From NCBI RefSeq assembly GCF_001194135.2, contig NC_068982.1:174659727-174723726 (forward strand): a stretch of 64,000 bases of DNA, written 5' to 3'. Shown here one piece after another: positions 50,731 to 64,000 of this stretch. The notes under the pieces are model-generated. The model was not told the origin of the DNA. It saw only the letters and a program-made list of their open reading frames with translations, and ran no database searches. The DNA comes from Octopus bimaculoides. Lineage: Eukaryota. Each line of letters starts with the position of its first letter. Positions within the stretch are counted from its first letter, which is position 1. Position numbers and translations under genes: made by a program.

Positions 50731-53700
50731 TTGCTTCACAGGTTAAAGGAATTATAGAAGTGAAATAGTTGAATTAGTTAGGAATTGAGCTGCTTGCCCT
50801 GGGTTCATGAGTTCAAACTTGCTTTAGATATTCCATTATATTTCTGGACAGAACAGTTTATTCTACATTGTTTTGGTTTACTTAGCTGTTGGAGATACTT
50901 GACCATCTGAGATTTTAAATCTGTAACAGAATGGTGCCCTGTTCAGGAGATATATATCTCATCTACTACATGCCATGAAACTGGAATATCCTTCATTGCT
51001 TAAGAAGCATTTTATACTAGAGAAAGGAAAGTTTAACCTTCAATTTGATTGGTAGTCAAGACCTGAATTGAAATTAGTACTTTAATAAATTACAATAGTC
51101 CATACAAGTGGTAGTTGATTTTTGTTTGTCCTTGAGAAACGAGTGGTAAACTTCTCACTGGATAATATCCTAATCTATCACAATAACTCGTCTTATGAAT
51201 GCTTCTAAACTGTTGAAAGTTGAATTGACTCAAAATTCAAGGAAATGTATGTTTACAGTAGGAAGTGGATTTCAGCCCAGATAGCTTGTTGGTTTATGAA
51301 TTAGCAGCTTATATTTTATTCATATTGTGGAATGAGACTTTAAAAAAGCTGCTACCTAAAAGGAATATACTTGAAAATAATCCATAAATTGAGCAAACTT
51401 ATAGCCCAGAATTAGCTAATCAAAAATACAAATGTGAATCATTTAATAGTCTTTGTTCTACTTTTTAACTATTTTCATAAGTATACCACTGTCACACATT
51501 TTATCTGATCTTAAATCTTTGCATGATCGATTCCCAAATTTAATCAAAAGGTAAATATCTTGTAAGTATCTTGACCTGATATGATATAGTGCTAGTGGAA
51601 ATTCAAGAAACTATTCTGCTACTAATAAACAGACATCTACATTAATTTCAACTAAAATTACTTTGAAATAACTCTCAACTATCTTAAGCATGGGAAGAAA
51701 TTATGTTTAATAATTAGGATAATATCAAGCAGTAAACTTTGAACAAATCCAGTCTTCGTCTATGGTAAATGGAAATCTAGGCTACTGTTGGTGTTATTTT
51801 CCATCTTGGTGCATAAATTGTGCCAGAATTTAGACTAGATAGATTTCACCAGTGATATACTTACAAAAGTTTAAAAAAAACATAGCAATGACTGCATTGG
51901 CTGATGCACATTTCTAGTGTTAAGTGTCCAAACAGTTAATTCTGAACTAAAAGACTGTTCAACTTCATTTGAAAAGACGTATTCAATGAAATTCAAAGTT
52001 CAAAATGCTGATATTAATCATGATAAAAAAGAAAGAATACATATAATTATTATTTTCTTTTTTGTTTATCTAGTTGTTATATGATTATCAGTAGCTTATT
52101 TAGACTTTAAGCTTTTTTAAAGTTAGTTTTTGGTTATATTTGTTCAGATAGATGACAATGATTATAAAGACAAGAAGAATATATAAATAGTATACATGAA
52201 TTTTTCAATATAATTTTTAGGTTAGTAGGAGACGCATGCTACTTCTAACTACTTTGCTTTATCAATCTAACTAATATGTTAATATAACCTAATTTAGCGA
52301 AGATCTAATTCTAGACAGTTCTAAAGACTTGTTATTTTTAGATATTTAGAAATGAATGATTGAAAGAATCAATGAAGAGTAGTTGTAGCATGCTACAATA
52401 GCTATGTAATGTTCATGCTTTTTTTTTTATTAATATATACAGGAGTAAGTATCTGAGTATCATAGCATTAATAAATAACTGTTGCATGAAGCAGCATGTT
52501 GTTTTGATGTGAAAGTGTCTGCAGGATAAATCTTAGGTTTTAGTAAACACTACGTGTGAAAATTAAGTTTAATTAAAACACTATAGTATGAATGGCATTG
52601 TTTCTGTAGGCAAAAGCGATGATTAAAGTGGTGTAGAGATGTAGTGTAAATGTATGCTGCAATATGTGTCCTGTAAAAGAATGCTATATGTTAATGATGA
52701 AATATATGGTAGAAGTTAACAAAGAAAGACTTCAAACGAAGGGACTAGATCAAACCTGACCATGTTGGGTCTCTCAGACAGGGGTCAAGAAGTCTGCAAA
52801 GATATTTAATTGCAGATCCATCCAACCCATGTTTGTAATGCATAAGGAAATTTAGATTTTGTTAGTAATAACGATGAAGATGATATAAAATATCAAAAAT
52901 ACAATTCTAAGTAAACTGTTTAAACCTGAATGTGAAATGTATAAATTCTTTTGGCTATTGAATAATTTTATGAAATTTTAAATGAGTTATATTGTCTTGT
53001 TTATTAGCAGTGAAATATTAACTGGGACAAAAGACATAACTTTTTATGTTTAACAGTTAATTAGCTTGGAAGCTATTAAATTTTTTCTTTAGAAATAAAA
53101 ACTATATGAATATTATTTTGAATTACATCTTAGCAAGCAGTTCTGTCTTTTTACCAAGCTGTTTACATAAATTTTAATAAAATCTGATCCACCTCTCATC
53201 AGAAATATATGCTGTGACACATAGTTGCTCTTATAAACATAGTTGTGTACAAACATGCAAACACACATTCTTTTATTATCCTGTTAGTGTCCTCTTTCAT
53301 ATACACACACTAAAATACAAGAGAAAATTCCATGATAAATATGGAATGCAATATGATAATCCTTATTATTTGAATGTAAATTATTGTTTTTAAAACATCT
53401 GAACAAGTAATACTTACAGTGTCTCCAAAGCTAATTATTTGACCTCAAAGTAGTTAATGAAAACTGGAAACTATTTCCTGAGGCAAAATGAAACAGACAT
53501 AAGGAGACTAATGTATAGCACAGGCTAATATTTCAGACAAGGCTTTTGTTGAAGAAGAAAGAACTCTCTCTACACCCCACCCCAAAAGTTAGTTATTTCT
53601 CTTTCTAGCCTCAGTGTATAACTTCCCTAGAGGTACAAAAGTAGGTCATCCATACAGGACAAAGCATGGGCCACAATGTTCATGTATTAAACCTATTTGA

Positions 53701-54469
53701 AACCAATCACTTATATGACAGAATTTGTGCAGTGTAGTTTCAGAACATACTGAAGTCATGTATATCCAGTGTCCCATACGATCTTGTGATATGGTAGTTG
53801 ATGATTCTCACTATATATCAAACCAAGAGTTGATTGTATTTGTTCTACAATAACAGCAACAATTGTCATAGTAAATGTTGAACAAATGGTTTAAACTTTA
53901 CTCCAGGCCCTAAGATTGAAATTACTTATTATTTCTGTATTTTTTAGATGAGTTATTACCGAGAGTAACTCCTTTTAGCAATAATCATTAGTGATAAACA
54001 ACATTTTCAAATATCTTCAATTGCCATATTTCTACACATCATCATCATCATCATCATAAAATTCCATTTTTCCTTGATGACATGGGTTAGATGGGTCAGC
54101 TGTATAGCATATTAAAACTCACTTTCATCTTTTATTATCTAATATTTGTAGTTTGATATACTGAGAAGCTATATCACTTCTCATGTCTCGCCCAAGTTCT
54201 CTCCCTCACAGTTACCCTCCATTGTCAACACATGGCACTTTTTCACTCAGCACTCATTACCCATATGCATCACTCATTTGGCCTATTTAATGTCTGTTCA
54301 ATATTAGTTGATTACGTTCTGAGATATTTTACCTGATTCCATTCTACTTTATAAAGTATGCGTGCTAATATACCTATAGTTCAGTATTTCAATATTCACA
54401 TTTCCCCACCCACTTCACTGTTGTTACAAGGTAATATAGCCAATCATAATTATCTCTTGCTTCCATTGT

Positions 54470-54686
54470 GCCGCCTGACTGGCCTTCGTGCGGGTGACAC
54501 GTAAAAGCACCCACTACACTCTCTGAGTGGTTGGCGTTAGGAAGGGTATCCAGCTGTAGAAACTCTGCCAAATCAGATTGGAGCCTGGTGTTGCCATCCA
54601 GTTTCACCAGTCCTCAGTCAAATCATCCAACCCATGCTAGCATGGAAAGCGGATGTTAAACAATGATGATGATGATGATGATGATG
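54470..54686 (+). mobile_element. RTE 3' tail, young
   Basis: Near-identical to 3272-3475; (GAT)n tail. Confidence 0.9.
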
Positions 54687-55482
54687 TATCCCATTTTCTT
54701 CACCTCCATTCTTCCAATTCCTAAATGAGACTAACTGAGAAGAGACAATTTCTTTAGCCATAGTAAAGTGAACCCATCTAGAATGTTCAGCACTTCAGAA
54801 TAAACCATCCATTTTTACTCTATCATAGAAAAGACATGTAACTTCATAAATTACTGTAAAAACTATCAACTCAAGGGAGCAGAAATATAAATTATAGAGC
54901 AGAGAGAGCTCTTCATCCCACAATGCTTGCATCCCTACAGCCGGTGACTCAATAAATACACTTAGCTCACTTTGTTATGGTTAACTATATTGAAAATGAT
55001 CAACCAGTTAATCATGCTGAACATTGGCTCATTATGTGTGTGTGTGTGTAATATTATGCTTCATATAAAATGCCACCAGGCTACAGACATAATATTTGTT
55101 GACATTTCCTTGTCAACAAATCATTCAGTAATTCTGCACTGCTTTAATAATATCAATATTGTGCATTCATCTAACCCATGCTAGCATGGAAATATAGATG
55201 AAAAGCAAATGAACGGATGTCTCTATCCTCAAGTAATCATTCATTTTAGTTCATTGTGTGTGTGTGTGTGTGTGTGTGCGTGTATTTGTGAAGCAGCCAC
55301 GGTTCTTGTGGAGATTGAAAAGTTTAGTAAAAGTACCGGAGAAAGATTTATATACCTCAAGGGAGAGGTATATTCATTGTGATGTAATTGTTAACACAGT
55401 AATTCAGTAAGCAATAGGCTTATGGTGTGGGTCCCCTCATTTACTCGTTAAAACTCCTAGCCATTAACTTATACATTTTTCT

Positions 55483-55640
55483 GTAGGCAGGGTGTGTGGT
55501 AAGAAGTTTGTTCCCCAACCATATGGTCCTGGGTTCAGTCCCATTGCATGGCAGCTTAGGCAAGAGCTTTTCATTATAGCCCTGGGCTAACCAAAACCTT
55601 GTGACTGGATTTGGTAGATGAAAATTGTAAGAAACCCATC

Positions 55641-55682
<42 letters not shown>

Positions 55683-55907
55683 ATGTGTGTGTCCTTGTCT
55701 GAGTGTTTCTTTCCCGCCACCACTTGATAGCCAGTGTTGGTTTGTTTATGTCCCTGTAAATTAGCTGGTCATCAAAAAGTGACTAATAGAATAAGAATTA
55801 GACTTGAAAAAAAAATAGTAAGTACTGGCATTGGTTTGTTTGACTAAACCCTCCAAGTTGATGCTCCAGCATGGTCACAGTCCAATGACCAAAACCTATA
55901 AAAGATA
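55483..55907 (+). mobile_element. SINE family C with central (TA)n
   Basis: Same head, core, central microsatellite and tail as 37103-37491, in the opposite orientation. Confidence 0.8.
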
Positions 55908-57143
55908 GATGTGTATGTACATGCATGTGTGTGTGTCTTTGTGTGTGTAGGTGCAGTATGGCCAAGTGGTTAAGATGTTTGCTTCACAACCACATGGTTC
56001 TTACTGCATGGCATCTTGGGCAAATGTTATTTTCTGTAGCTATACCTTGTAAATGAAATTGGAAATTGTACAGAAGCTTGTTGGGTAGATTGTACATGTA
56101 ATTTGAAAGATACAGGCTTATTATCAAGCTGATTATACTTAAGAATTACATTAAGAGTTGGGTATTCATGTCTGTGAGTCATTCTTTAGTTTCCCTCCAA
56201 TATTTGTTCTTAACACATGTCCATAAGAGATGTTATTTCAGGATAAATGCCATGCAACTGGCCTATCAACAGTGTATACACATGTATGATAAGTAGATAC
56301 ATACATGCATGCATGATCACTAGTTCACATCTGTTTTTCTATACTAGTTCAGGTAGGGAATGGAACAATTATTTTACATATAGCTACTCTTACTACTGTT
56401 AACTATTCCATTATAAAAATGGTATGAGTTTTTTTTTTTTATGTCAGCCAGTTAAATAATGTGCCTTGCTCAGGATTATAAAGCAGTACTTGCTGTAAGA
56501 TTTGAACAGTCGTGTTAGCATTAGTCCAACAGTTCATGTTAGCATTAGTCTTTGCAGTTTGTTATGGCCATTTGCCTCATGTATTACATTATATGATCAG
56601 TTTAGTAGTGAATTAAGTCTAGTCTCCCATGTAACAGATGGAGACACATAGCACTATGCTGTCAAATCAAGAAGAGAATGTGTGTTTATGTATTCGTGTA
56701 TCTATATATATATATTTTTAGATATTTCTTTGTAAATAAGAATGGGCAAGAATTATCCTTAGTTGAAATCATCTAAAAACCACAAAAAGCATTATTTTTG
56801 CATCTATATAGAGTAAGTCTGTTATTTCAATTCACATTGGTTTTTAGTCTTTTTTAACTTGTGATAGACTTTAGTGCTTAGTGTGTGAAAGGTATGTATT
56901 AAAATTTATGTACGTATGCCTGTGTGTTCAACACCTCTCCAATAACCAAAGTACAACATAGGTTTTCCAGAATAGTTTTTGCCTGAATTATTATGTTATA
57001 CATTATTGTTGCCTCTTGTAATAATGAAGGATTTCTATAATTATATTAGTTTAAAGTGTTTCTTAATTCCAACAATATTAATCTTGGAGAAATACTTATA
57101 TATATATTAAAACTTATTTAATAATTTTCATCATATAATATGC

Positions 57144-57192
<49 letters not shown>

Positions 57193-57921
57193 NNNNNNNN
57201 NNNNNNNNNNNNNNNNNNNNNNNNNNNNNNNNNNNNNNNNNNNNNNNNNNNNNNNNNNNNNNNNNNNNNNNNNNNNNNNNNNNNNNNNNNNNNNNNNNNN
57301 NNNNNNNNNNNNNNNNNNNNNNNNNNNNNNNNNNNNNNNNNNNNNNNNNNNNNNNNNNNNNNNNNNNNNNNNNNNNNNNNNNNNNNNNNNNNNNNNNNNN
57401 NNNNNNNNNNNNNNNNNNNNNNNNNNNNNNNNNNNNNNNNNNNNNNNNNNNNNNNNNNNNNNNNNNNNNNNNNNNNNNNNNNNNNNNNNNNNNNNNNNNN
57501 NNNNNNNNNNNNNNNNNNNNNNNNNNNNNNNNNNNNNNNNNNNNNNNNNNNNNNNNNNNNNNNNNNNNNNNNNNNNNNNNNNNNNNNNNNNNNNNNNNNN
57601 NNNNNNNNNNNNNNNNNNNNNNNNNNNNNNNNNNNNNNNNNNNNNNNNNNNNNNNNNNNNNNNNNNNNNNNNNNNNNNNNNNNNNNNNNNNNNNNNNNNN
57701 NNNNNNNNNNNNNNNNNNNNNNNNNNNNNNNNNNNNNNNNNNNNNNNNNNNNNNNNNNNNNNNNNNNNNNNNNNNNNNNNNNNNNNNNNNNNNNNNNNNN
57801 NNNNNNNNNNNNNNNNNNNNNNNNNNNNNNNNNNNNNNNNNNNNNNNNNNNNNNNNNNNNNNNNNNNNNNNNNNNNNNNNNNNNNNNNNNNNNNNNNNNN
57901 NNNNNNNNNNNNNNNNNNNNN
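57193..57921. other. Assembly gap (729 N) between (GA)n and (TA)n
   Basis: N run; other gaps at 4481-4839 and 46994-47042. Confidence 1.
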
Positions 57922-57963
<42 letters not shown>

Positions 57964-60900
57964 GTACCATCACAAGAAAAAGGAGGTGTCTGTCTATTGC
58001 AGCTGACTTGGTCTGTATGATGTTGTGTATATACGTGTATGTATGTAGTCTAAACAAGATTGTCTGTAGGGATGCTTCTATGCATGCATATATATATAAA
58101 TATATATAAAGATTGCTGCATGTGCCTGTTTATCACCTCTCCCCTTTTCCTACTTTTTATTTATAATTTATTATTATTATTATGTTTTAATTTCCATGTG
58201 TAGAATTCATTTCTCAAAGCTGATAGCAAAATATTTTCTTTACAAATCTGACAAGTATTCTTTTGCAAAACACTATATATCTGATTGGAATTGCTTTCAA
58301 GATCGGTTTTCATTTTATTTTGATTAAAGTCTCTGTCTGTCTGTCTCTTTCCCTCTCTCTCTCACTCTTCATTTCTCTCTTTCTAGTATTTTACTGGCTA
58401 CAGCTCAGCTTATGGAAATGATCTTTAAAAAGTATTGCTTTGCATCCATGCATATCTCCTGCACTCTCCTCTCTCCTTCTCTCTTTCATCTCTGTCTTTC
58501 TCTTCAACAGAACTGTACCATCAGTTTGAGATGTTCTTGTCCTTCACCTACATTTACTCTCAATTAAAATGGAATTTTCTATTTTCACCAGACAATAAGA
58601 CTTTATTTACTAATTTTTTTTTTTAAACTTTATTCAAGGAAACCTCATTTACTTTAAAATTATTATTAAATAATAGCAGACTCAGTGGGGCACAAGACGG
58701 AATGCCTTGCAGAATTTAGTTGTGTCATTTTACTCTCTGAGTTTAAACCCTACTAAGGTTGGTTTTGCTTTTTCTCCTTCAGGGTTTGATAAATTAACTA
58801 TCAGTTAAAGTATTCACCCTTTCCTAAAATTTGTGATCTTGTTTAAGAAATCATTATTATTAATTTTATGAATGTAGTGAAGTGACAAAATAATAGGGTG
58901 TTTAACTAAATAATTTGTGGTATTTAATTTGATTCTTTATGTTTTGAATTCAAACCATTTTAAGGTTGACTTTGTTTTTTGCCTGTCCAGAGTAATAACA
59001 TACTGTGTTGGATTGATTCATTTTAACTATACTTTTTTCTCTATAAAGTTGTAGCCCTTACTTATCTAAAAAAAAAACCCCATTAACTCTACTCAAATGC
59101 AAAGGAGTAGCAGAATCAGCAGTGTGTTGGTCCTACTGTCTTATAGCTTTTAGTTATGTCTCATTACATTTTGGGTTCAAGTACTACTCTGGTATTGACT
59201 GTACCTTTCATTTCTATGGGGTTGATAAAATAAATGCCACCGAAGTACTGGCTTTGATTAATCTAGTCTGTCTCTACTTCTTAAAAGGCAAGCTTTGTTC
59301 CAGATTAGTAAACATTAACTTTCTTACTGATTATAGATATACATCAATATTTTCCTTATGTATATCTCACAAAGAATGAACTATGTTTTAGTAGAAGTAT
59401 ATTAAAATGATCAAATATTCAAAGCTTAATCATTTTCCTCATGGAATACACAGCCCATATGTTGAAATTTATTTGGAAATTACTAAAATATTTGGAGAGA
59501 TTTAGCAAAATTGCTAATTCTTTTCATTATTCAGCCAGTGATTCAGACATAACACAAGATTCATACATAAAAATATAATAAAAATTTCTAATTTAAATAG
59601 GAACTCTTTACTCTAAGTGGCTTTGATTCATAGAACCAGAGGTGTAGCCCCAGCTATGCTGGTATCATAAACACTAAACCAATATTTTAAAATGAGTTCA
59701 AAACATTTACACACACAAACACACACGCAGGCACGTGTGTGCACACACACACACACATACAGTTTACTTTTGGAACTTGCACTTGTAGCTGCAACTTTTT
59801 GTTGAGTTGTCAGCATTGTTCAGAAGTGATTGTGTAACATTCCAGTTGTGCCAATTGCAAATATAATGGCATACAGATTTTTATTTTTCATATAATAATG
59901 ACTATTATTCAATAACCGAGCTAGGTATAATTCTTGAGCTTTTTAGCATATTTCTAGTAGCATTATAATTGTCAGGTATTGGCTGTTTCAATTATCAGAA
60001 CGCTATTGTTGTCTGTTTCATGAAAAAAAAAAAAGGAAAAAAATGTTAAATTTGTTGTTGTATGAATAATCTGTATGCTAAAGTGCTACAGAGTCTTTGC
60101 ATTTTGATTTTTCTCAGTTGGAGGTGGGTGTAAGTACCATCATCAATATTATTATTATTGTTGTTATTATCATTATTATTGTTGTTAATTATTATTATTA
60201 CTATTATTATTGGCATTATGGCTGAACAGTAATCTACCTATCATAGTTTTGATTCTAAGTTGAGGCTATTATATTTATGCTATTATTGCTCTTTGAGAAA
60301 GACGTACATATCACAATTTTCAGTTATAGTTTCTTTTACAAATTTTGTAATTGTTCTCAGATATTAGTTTCATGGTAAGAGTTCTTCACAATTTATAAAG
60401 AAAAAAAAAATTGTTGGGAAAACATACAATCACAGATACACATATATGTATAGTGATGTGTGTGTGTGTGTATGTAAATACACACACACATATAAATAAC
60501 AATACGAATGAGTGCTTAACACCGTATTGGTGGATAAAGATTCTTTGTTTGTGAATTAAGGCTACCATTGGTTTCATGTGTTCTGGAAGCCCTTAGCAAT
60601 TATCAAGCCTACCACATAGAATATCGGTGTTCGTCTCCATTTTGGAGTGAAAGGGATATATGTACCAGGCCTAATGGCAAGAGTGTTTGATGTGATCATA
60701 AGCTTGTGGGTTCAATATCTATACCAGATGGCATGTTGTGATCTTGAGAAAGGAAAGCACTAGATTTCATGTTGCTATTGTTAACTCAGCTGCAGTGAAT
60801 ACCAGCTGGGTACTGGTGCATTCCTCTCTCCCTTTCTATCATAGTCAAAGGTGTTTGTGTCTGATTGCAACTGTTGGCCAATGTCCTATACTATAATTGC

Positions 60901-61810
60901 AGGTTGACTAATACCACATGAATGAAACTGATAGAATTAAAAAGAGCCTAATAATATATGTGTATGTGTGAATGTATGTGGTTTTATGTTTTGTGGCTGA
61001 GTTCATATTCCCCTCATTTCCACGTGTGCTCACTGTTTCCAGATTTCCATGTACCTATGTCTGGACTATTTGTATGGAGACAGGCATGGGTTGGCATCAA
61101 GAAAGACATCAGGCTGGAGAAAACTCTCTCCCAAAGTAGTCTCATCTAACTTAAGCAAGCACATTAATGTAGGCATCAAAACAGTGAGGTTGATAATGGT
61201 GTGTTTATGTTCATTTTTGAGTGTTTGTTTGAACATTTATACTCCATGTAAACTATGCATCTAATGACTCTGCACTTTCAAAGACCAGCAGAATGAAAAA
61301 TTCCTTGCTTAAAAAATGTTAAGGATTGCTGGCAGAAGGAGGACTTGGTTGAAAAGTACTTCCTCAATGAGTGTTTGTCCAACCTATGCCAGCATGGAAA
61401 AACAGATGTTAAGACAAAAATAGACACAATATATATTTACATTTATTTTTTATAGACATAATTCTTTCTGTTGTCTAAATATGCTTCATAATGCTTTTTT
61501 TTTTTTTTACTTTTCCTCAGTTGTAATTTTATTTTTGCTTTTTATGTTCGTTATATTTTATTTATTTTTCTTCTATTTCAACCCTTATTGACTTTCTAAA
61601 TTACGTGAGCGATTATGATGGAAATATATTTCACTTCAAATATGTTTCTTAAGGAAAAAAGCATATGTTTCAATTGCATGTATGCAAATATCTGTTGTAT
61701 GTATGTGTGTGTGCACCTTGGGTAAGCATTTTCTACTCTAGCCCCAGGCTGCTAAAGCCTCATGAGTAGATGTGGTAGACAGAAACTGAAAGAAGTCTTT
61801 TGTTTGTTTG

Positions 61811-61892
<82 letters not shown>

Positions 61893-61946
61893 ACATACAT
61901 ATGTATGTACGTACATACATACATACCTACTTACCTACCTACTTAC

Positions 61947-62596
61947 CAATGAGTATCCGGACTGTTGCTATAGTAACGAAGTTAAAGCATGCAGAGTGAA
62001 GCCACGTGGCACAGATTGACCTTGAACTCTGCTATGCATTCACACTAAGTTTTAAAGTTCTAGCTCACTTCTGCTGTTTACAGCAGTGCTTGGAAGGAAG
62101 GTGTGTAACGTGTGATTGTCACATTGACCATGACAGAGAAAGTTGAGCTGAGAATCTGCATCAAATTTTTGCCAAAAACTTGGTGATACTTGCTCAGAGG
62201 CCTACGCAATGTTTTCAAAAAGTTTTCATCATTCTCAACACAGTCAAGGAGATCTTGTGTGACTGAAACCTGTATGTCTTTTTGGTCAGCTGAAAGCAGT
62301 TTTGGCACAAACTTTGGCACACATGCATCTCATACCCAAATTTTCAGTGATACTGAACTGAACCAACATTAATCTGCACATCCTCTTATAACTCATGGAT
62401 GGTGATTCGACGTTTTCCTCTCACAGCTGGATACACTTCTGCAATGTTTTTTTCAGTTCTGCTGGTTGCTAACATTGAAACTTAGTGCACCTGCACAGCA
62501 GAGCCCAAGGTCAGTCTGTGCCAAACAGCTTCACTCTGCATGTTTTAGCTTTGTTACTATAGCAACAATCCAGATACTTATTGATCACACCTTGTA
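61947..62596. mobile_element. Fold-back mariner derivative made of two 5' halves
   Basis: Inverted repeat of about 115-120 bp (61947-62064 versus 62468-62580); plus-strand transposase start MTEKVELRICIKF at 62130; minus-strand fragment KFVPKLLSADQKD..QDLLDCVENDENFLK at 62210-62460; right end CACACCTTG+TA. Confidence 0.88.
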
Positions 62597-62858
62597 TGTG
62601 TGTGTGTGTGTGTGTATATATATATGTATCTATAGTAACCCCTTACCATATCGCAGTTTATTATTTAAGCTTACGCAGATTCCCCTGTGGTGTTGTTTTG
62701 CATTTAAAACAAAATAAATATAGACAAATTATAAAAATGATAAAAATATATAATACAGTACTGTTCCTGCTTTGTGGATTTTCACCTGTCGTGGGGTGTT
62801 TTGGAACATAACACCCGCAATAGTTGGGGGATTACTGTACACACGCACGCACGCACAC

Positions 62859-64000
62859 CATCATTCGTCATCATCATTTTACTTCAATGCCCACTTTCCA
62901 TGCTGGCATGGGTTGAATGGTTTGATTGAAAACCGGGGGAGCTATACCAGGTTCCAGTCGGCTTTGGCAAGGTTTCTACGGTCAGATGTCCTTCCTAACA
63001 CCAACCACTCTGAAAGTGTAGTGGGTGCTTCTTACATGCCACTGGCATGGGTGCCATTGACCTACCACCAGTCAATACAGGTCAACACAAGCCTGGTATG
63101 TCACCAAAGAGTCTAAGTCACCTGTCACTGCTTCCATGAGGTCTACTGCTTGAATGGTGCTTATGTGCCACCAGCATGGGCATCAGCCACTAGTACGATT
63201 TCACTTGGTTCAACAGGTCTTCACAAGCACAGCATATCACCCAACGATTGAAGAGTGCTTGTAATAGGCAGTTACATGATACTGGCATCAGCATTGGCCA
63301 CTGCTATGATTTCATTCGGTTTGATGCCACTGCCCCAATGAGGCCCAATGCACAAACAGTGCTTTTTACATGCCACCGGCACAAGTGCCAGTCAAACGGC
63401 ACTGGCATCAGCCACAACTATGATTTCACTTGGTTCGACAGATCTTCACAAGCACAGCGTATTGCCCAACAATTGAAGGGTGCTTTTAATGGGCCAGTTA
63501 AATGACACTGGCATCAGCCATGACTACGATCTCACTTAACTTGATGGGTCTTCTCAAGCACAGCATATCTCCAAAGCATTTGGTTGCTTGTCATTGCCTC
63601 TGTGAGGCCCAACATATGAAGATCGTGCTTCACCACCTCATCCCATGTCTTCCTGGGTCTCCCTCTTCCACAGGTTCCCTCCACCATTAGAGTCTGACAC
63701 TTCTTCACACAGCTGTCCTCATGTATACATATCACATGACCATACCACAGAGTCATCTCTCTTGCACACCACATCTCATGCTTCTTATGTTCAACTTTTC
63801 TCTCAGGATGCTTACACTCTGTTGTGCATGCACGCTGACATTACACATCCAGTGGAGTATACTAGCTTCATTTCTTACAAGACCATGCATGTTCTCAGCA
63901 GTCACAGCCCATGTTTCACTGCCGTGTAGCACGACTGTTCACACACAGGCATCATACAGTCTGCCTTTCACTCTGAGAAAGAGACCCTTTGTTACCAACA
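62859..64000 (-). mobile_element. RTE LINE 3' portion running off the window end
   Basis: KGRLYDACV..LHGSETWAVT..WMCNVSV..WYGHV..EDSCVKKCQTLMVEGTCGRGRPRKTWDEVVKHDL..LWRYAVLEKTHQVK* (stop 63532-63534), then a repeated 3' UTR, the shared terminal ~170 bp and the tail. Confidence 0.93.

Noticed and set aside
52383-52398. 16-bp perfect palindrome TTGTAGCATGCTACAA
   Set aside because: Isolated, with no associated element or second copy.
52443-52444. 2-nt microexon (TACAG|GA|GTAAGT)
   Set aside because: Pattern is real, but exons this short are very rare and it is easily a chance match.
57131-58057. Long ORFs across N runs (also 4346-4945 and 46810-47153)
   Set aside because: Artefacts of assembly gaps and microsatellites.

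Overview
AT-rich, repeat-dense animal genomic DNA with three assembly gaps (4481-4839, 46994-47042, 57193-57921). The SINE/RTE repertoire and microsatellite load point to an octopod cephalopod (inference from remembered repeat families). The only host gene I can support is CLINT1 (epsinR/enthoprotin) on the + strand. Four coding exons (22654-22855, 24437-24575, 40416-40547, 42779-42965) splice in frame and give almost the whole ENTH domain plus the start of the tail. I found neither the first coding exon nor any later exon, so the window is probably all intragenic. The rest is intron filled with RTE LINE fragments and 3' tails, several tRNA-derived SINE families, an R4/Dong-type LINE 3' end, two mariner relics, piggyBac-like MITEs and simple repeats. 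The most interesting items are a fold-back mariner made of two 5' halves, a young SINE with an intact 12-bp TSD beside a weak splice donor, many RTE tails in both orientations around the exons, and a few unexplained exon-like islands. I see no convincing new biological system; the speculative items are scored accordingly. Repeat boundaries are approximate unless stated.
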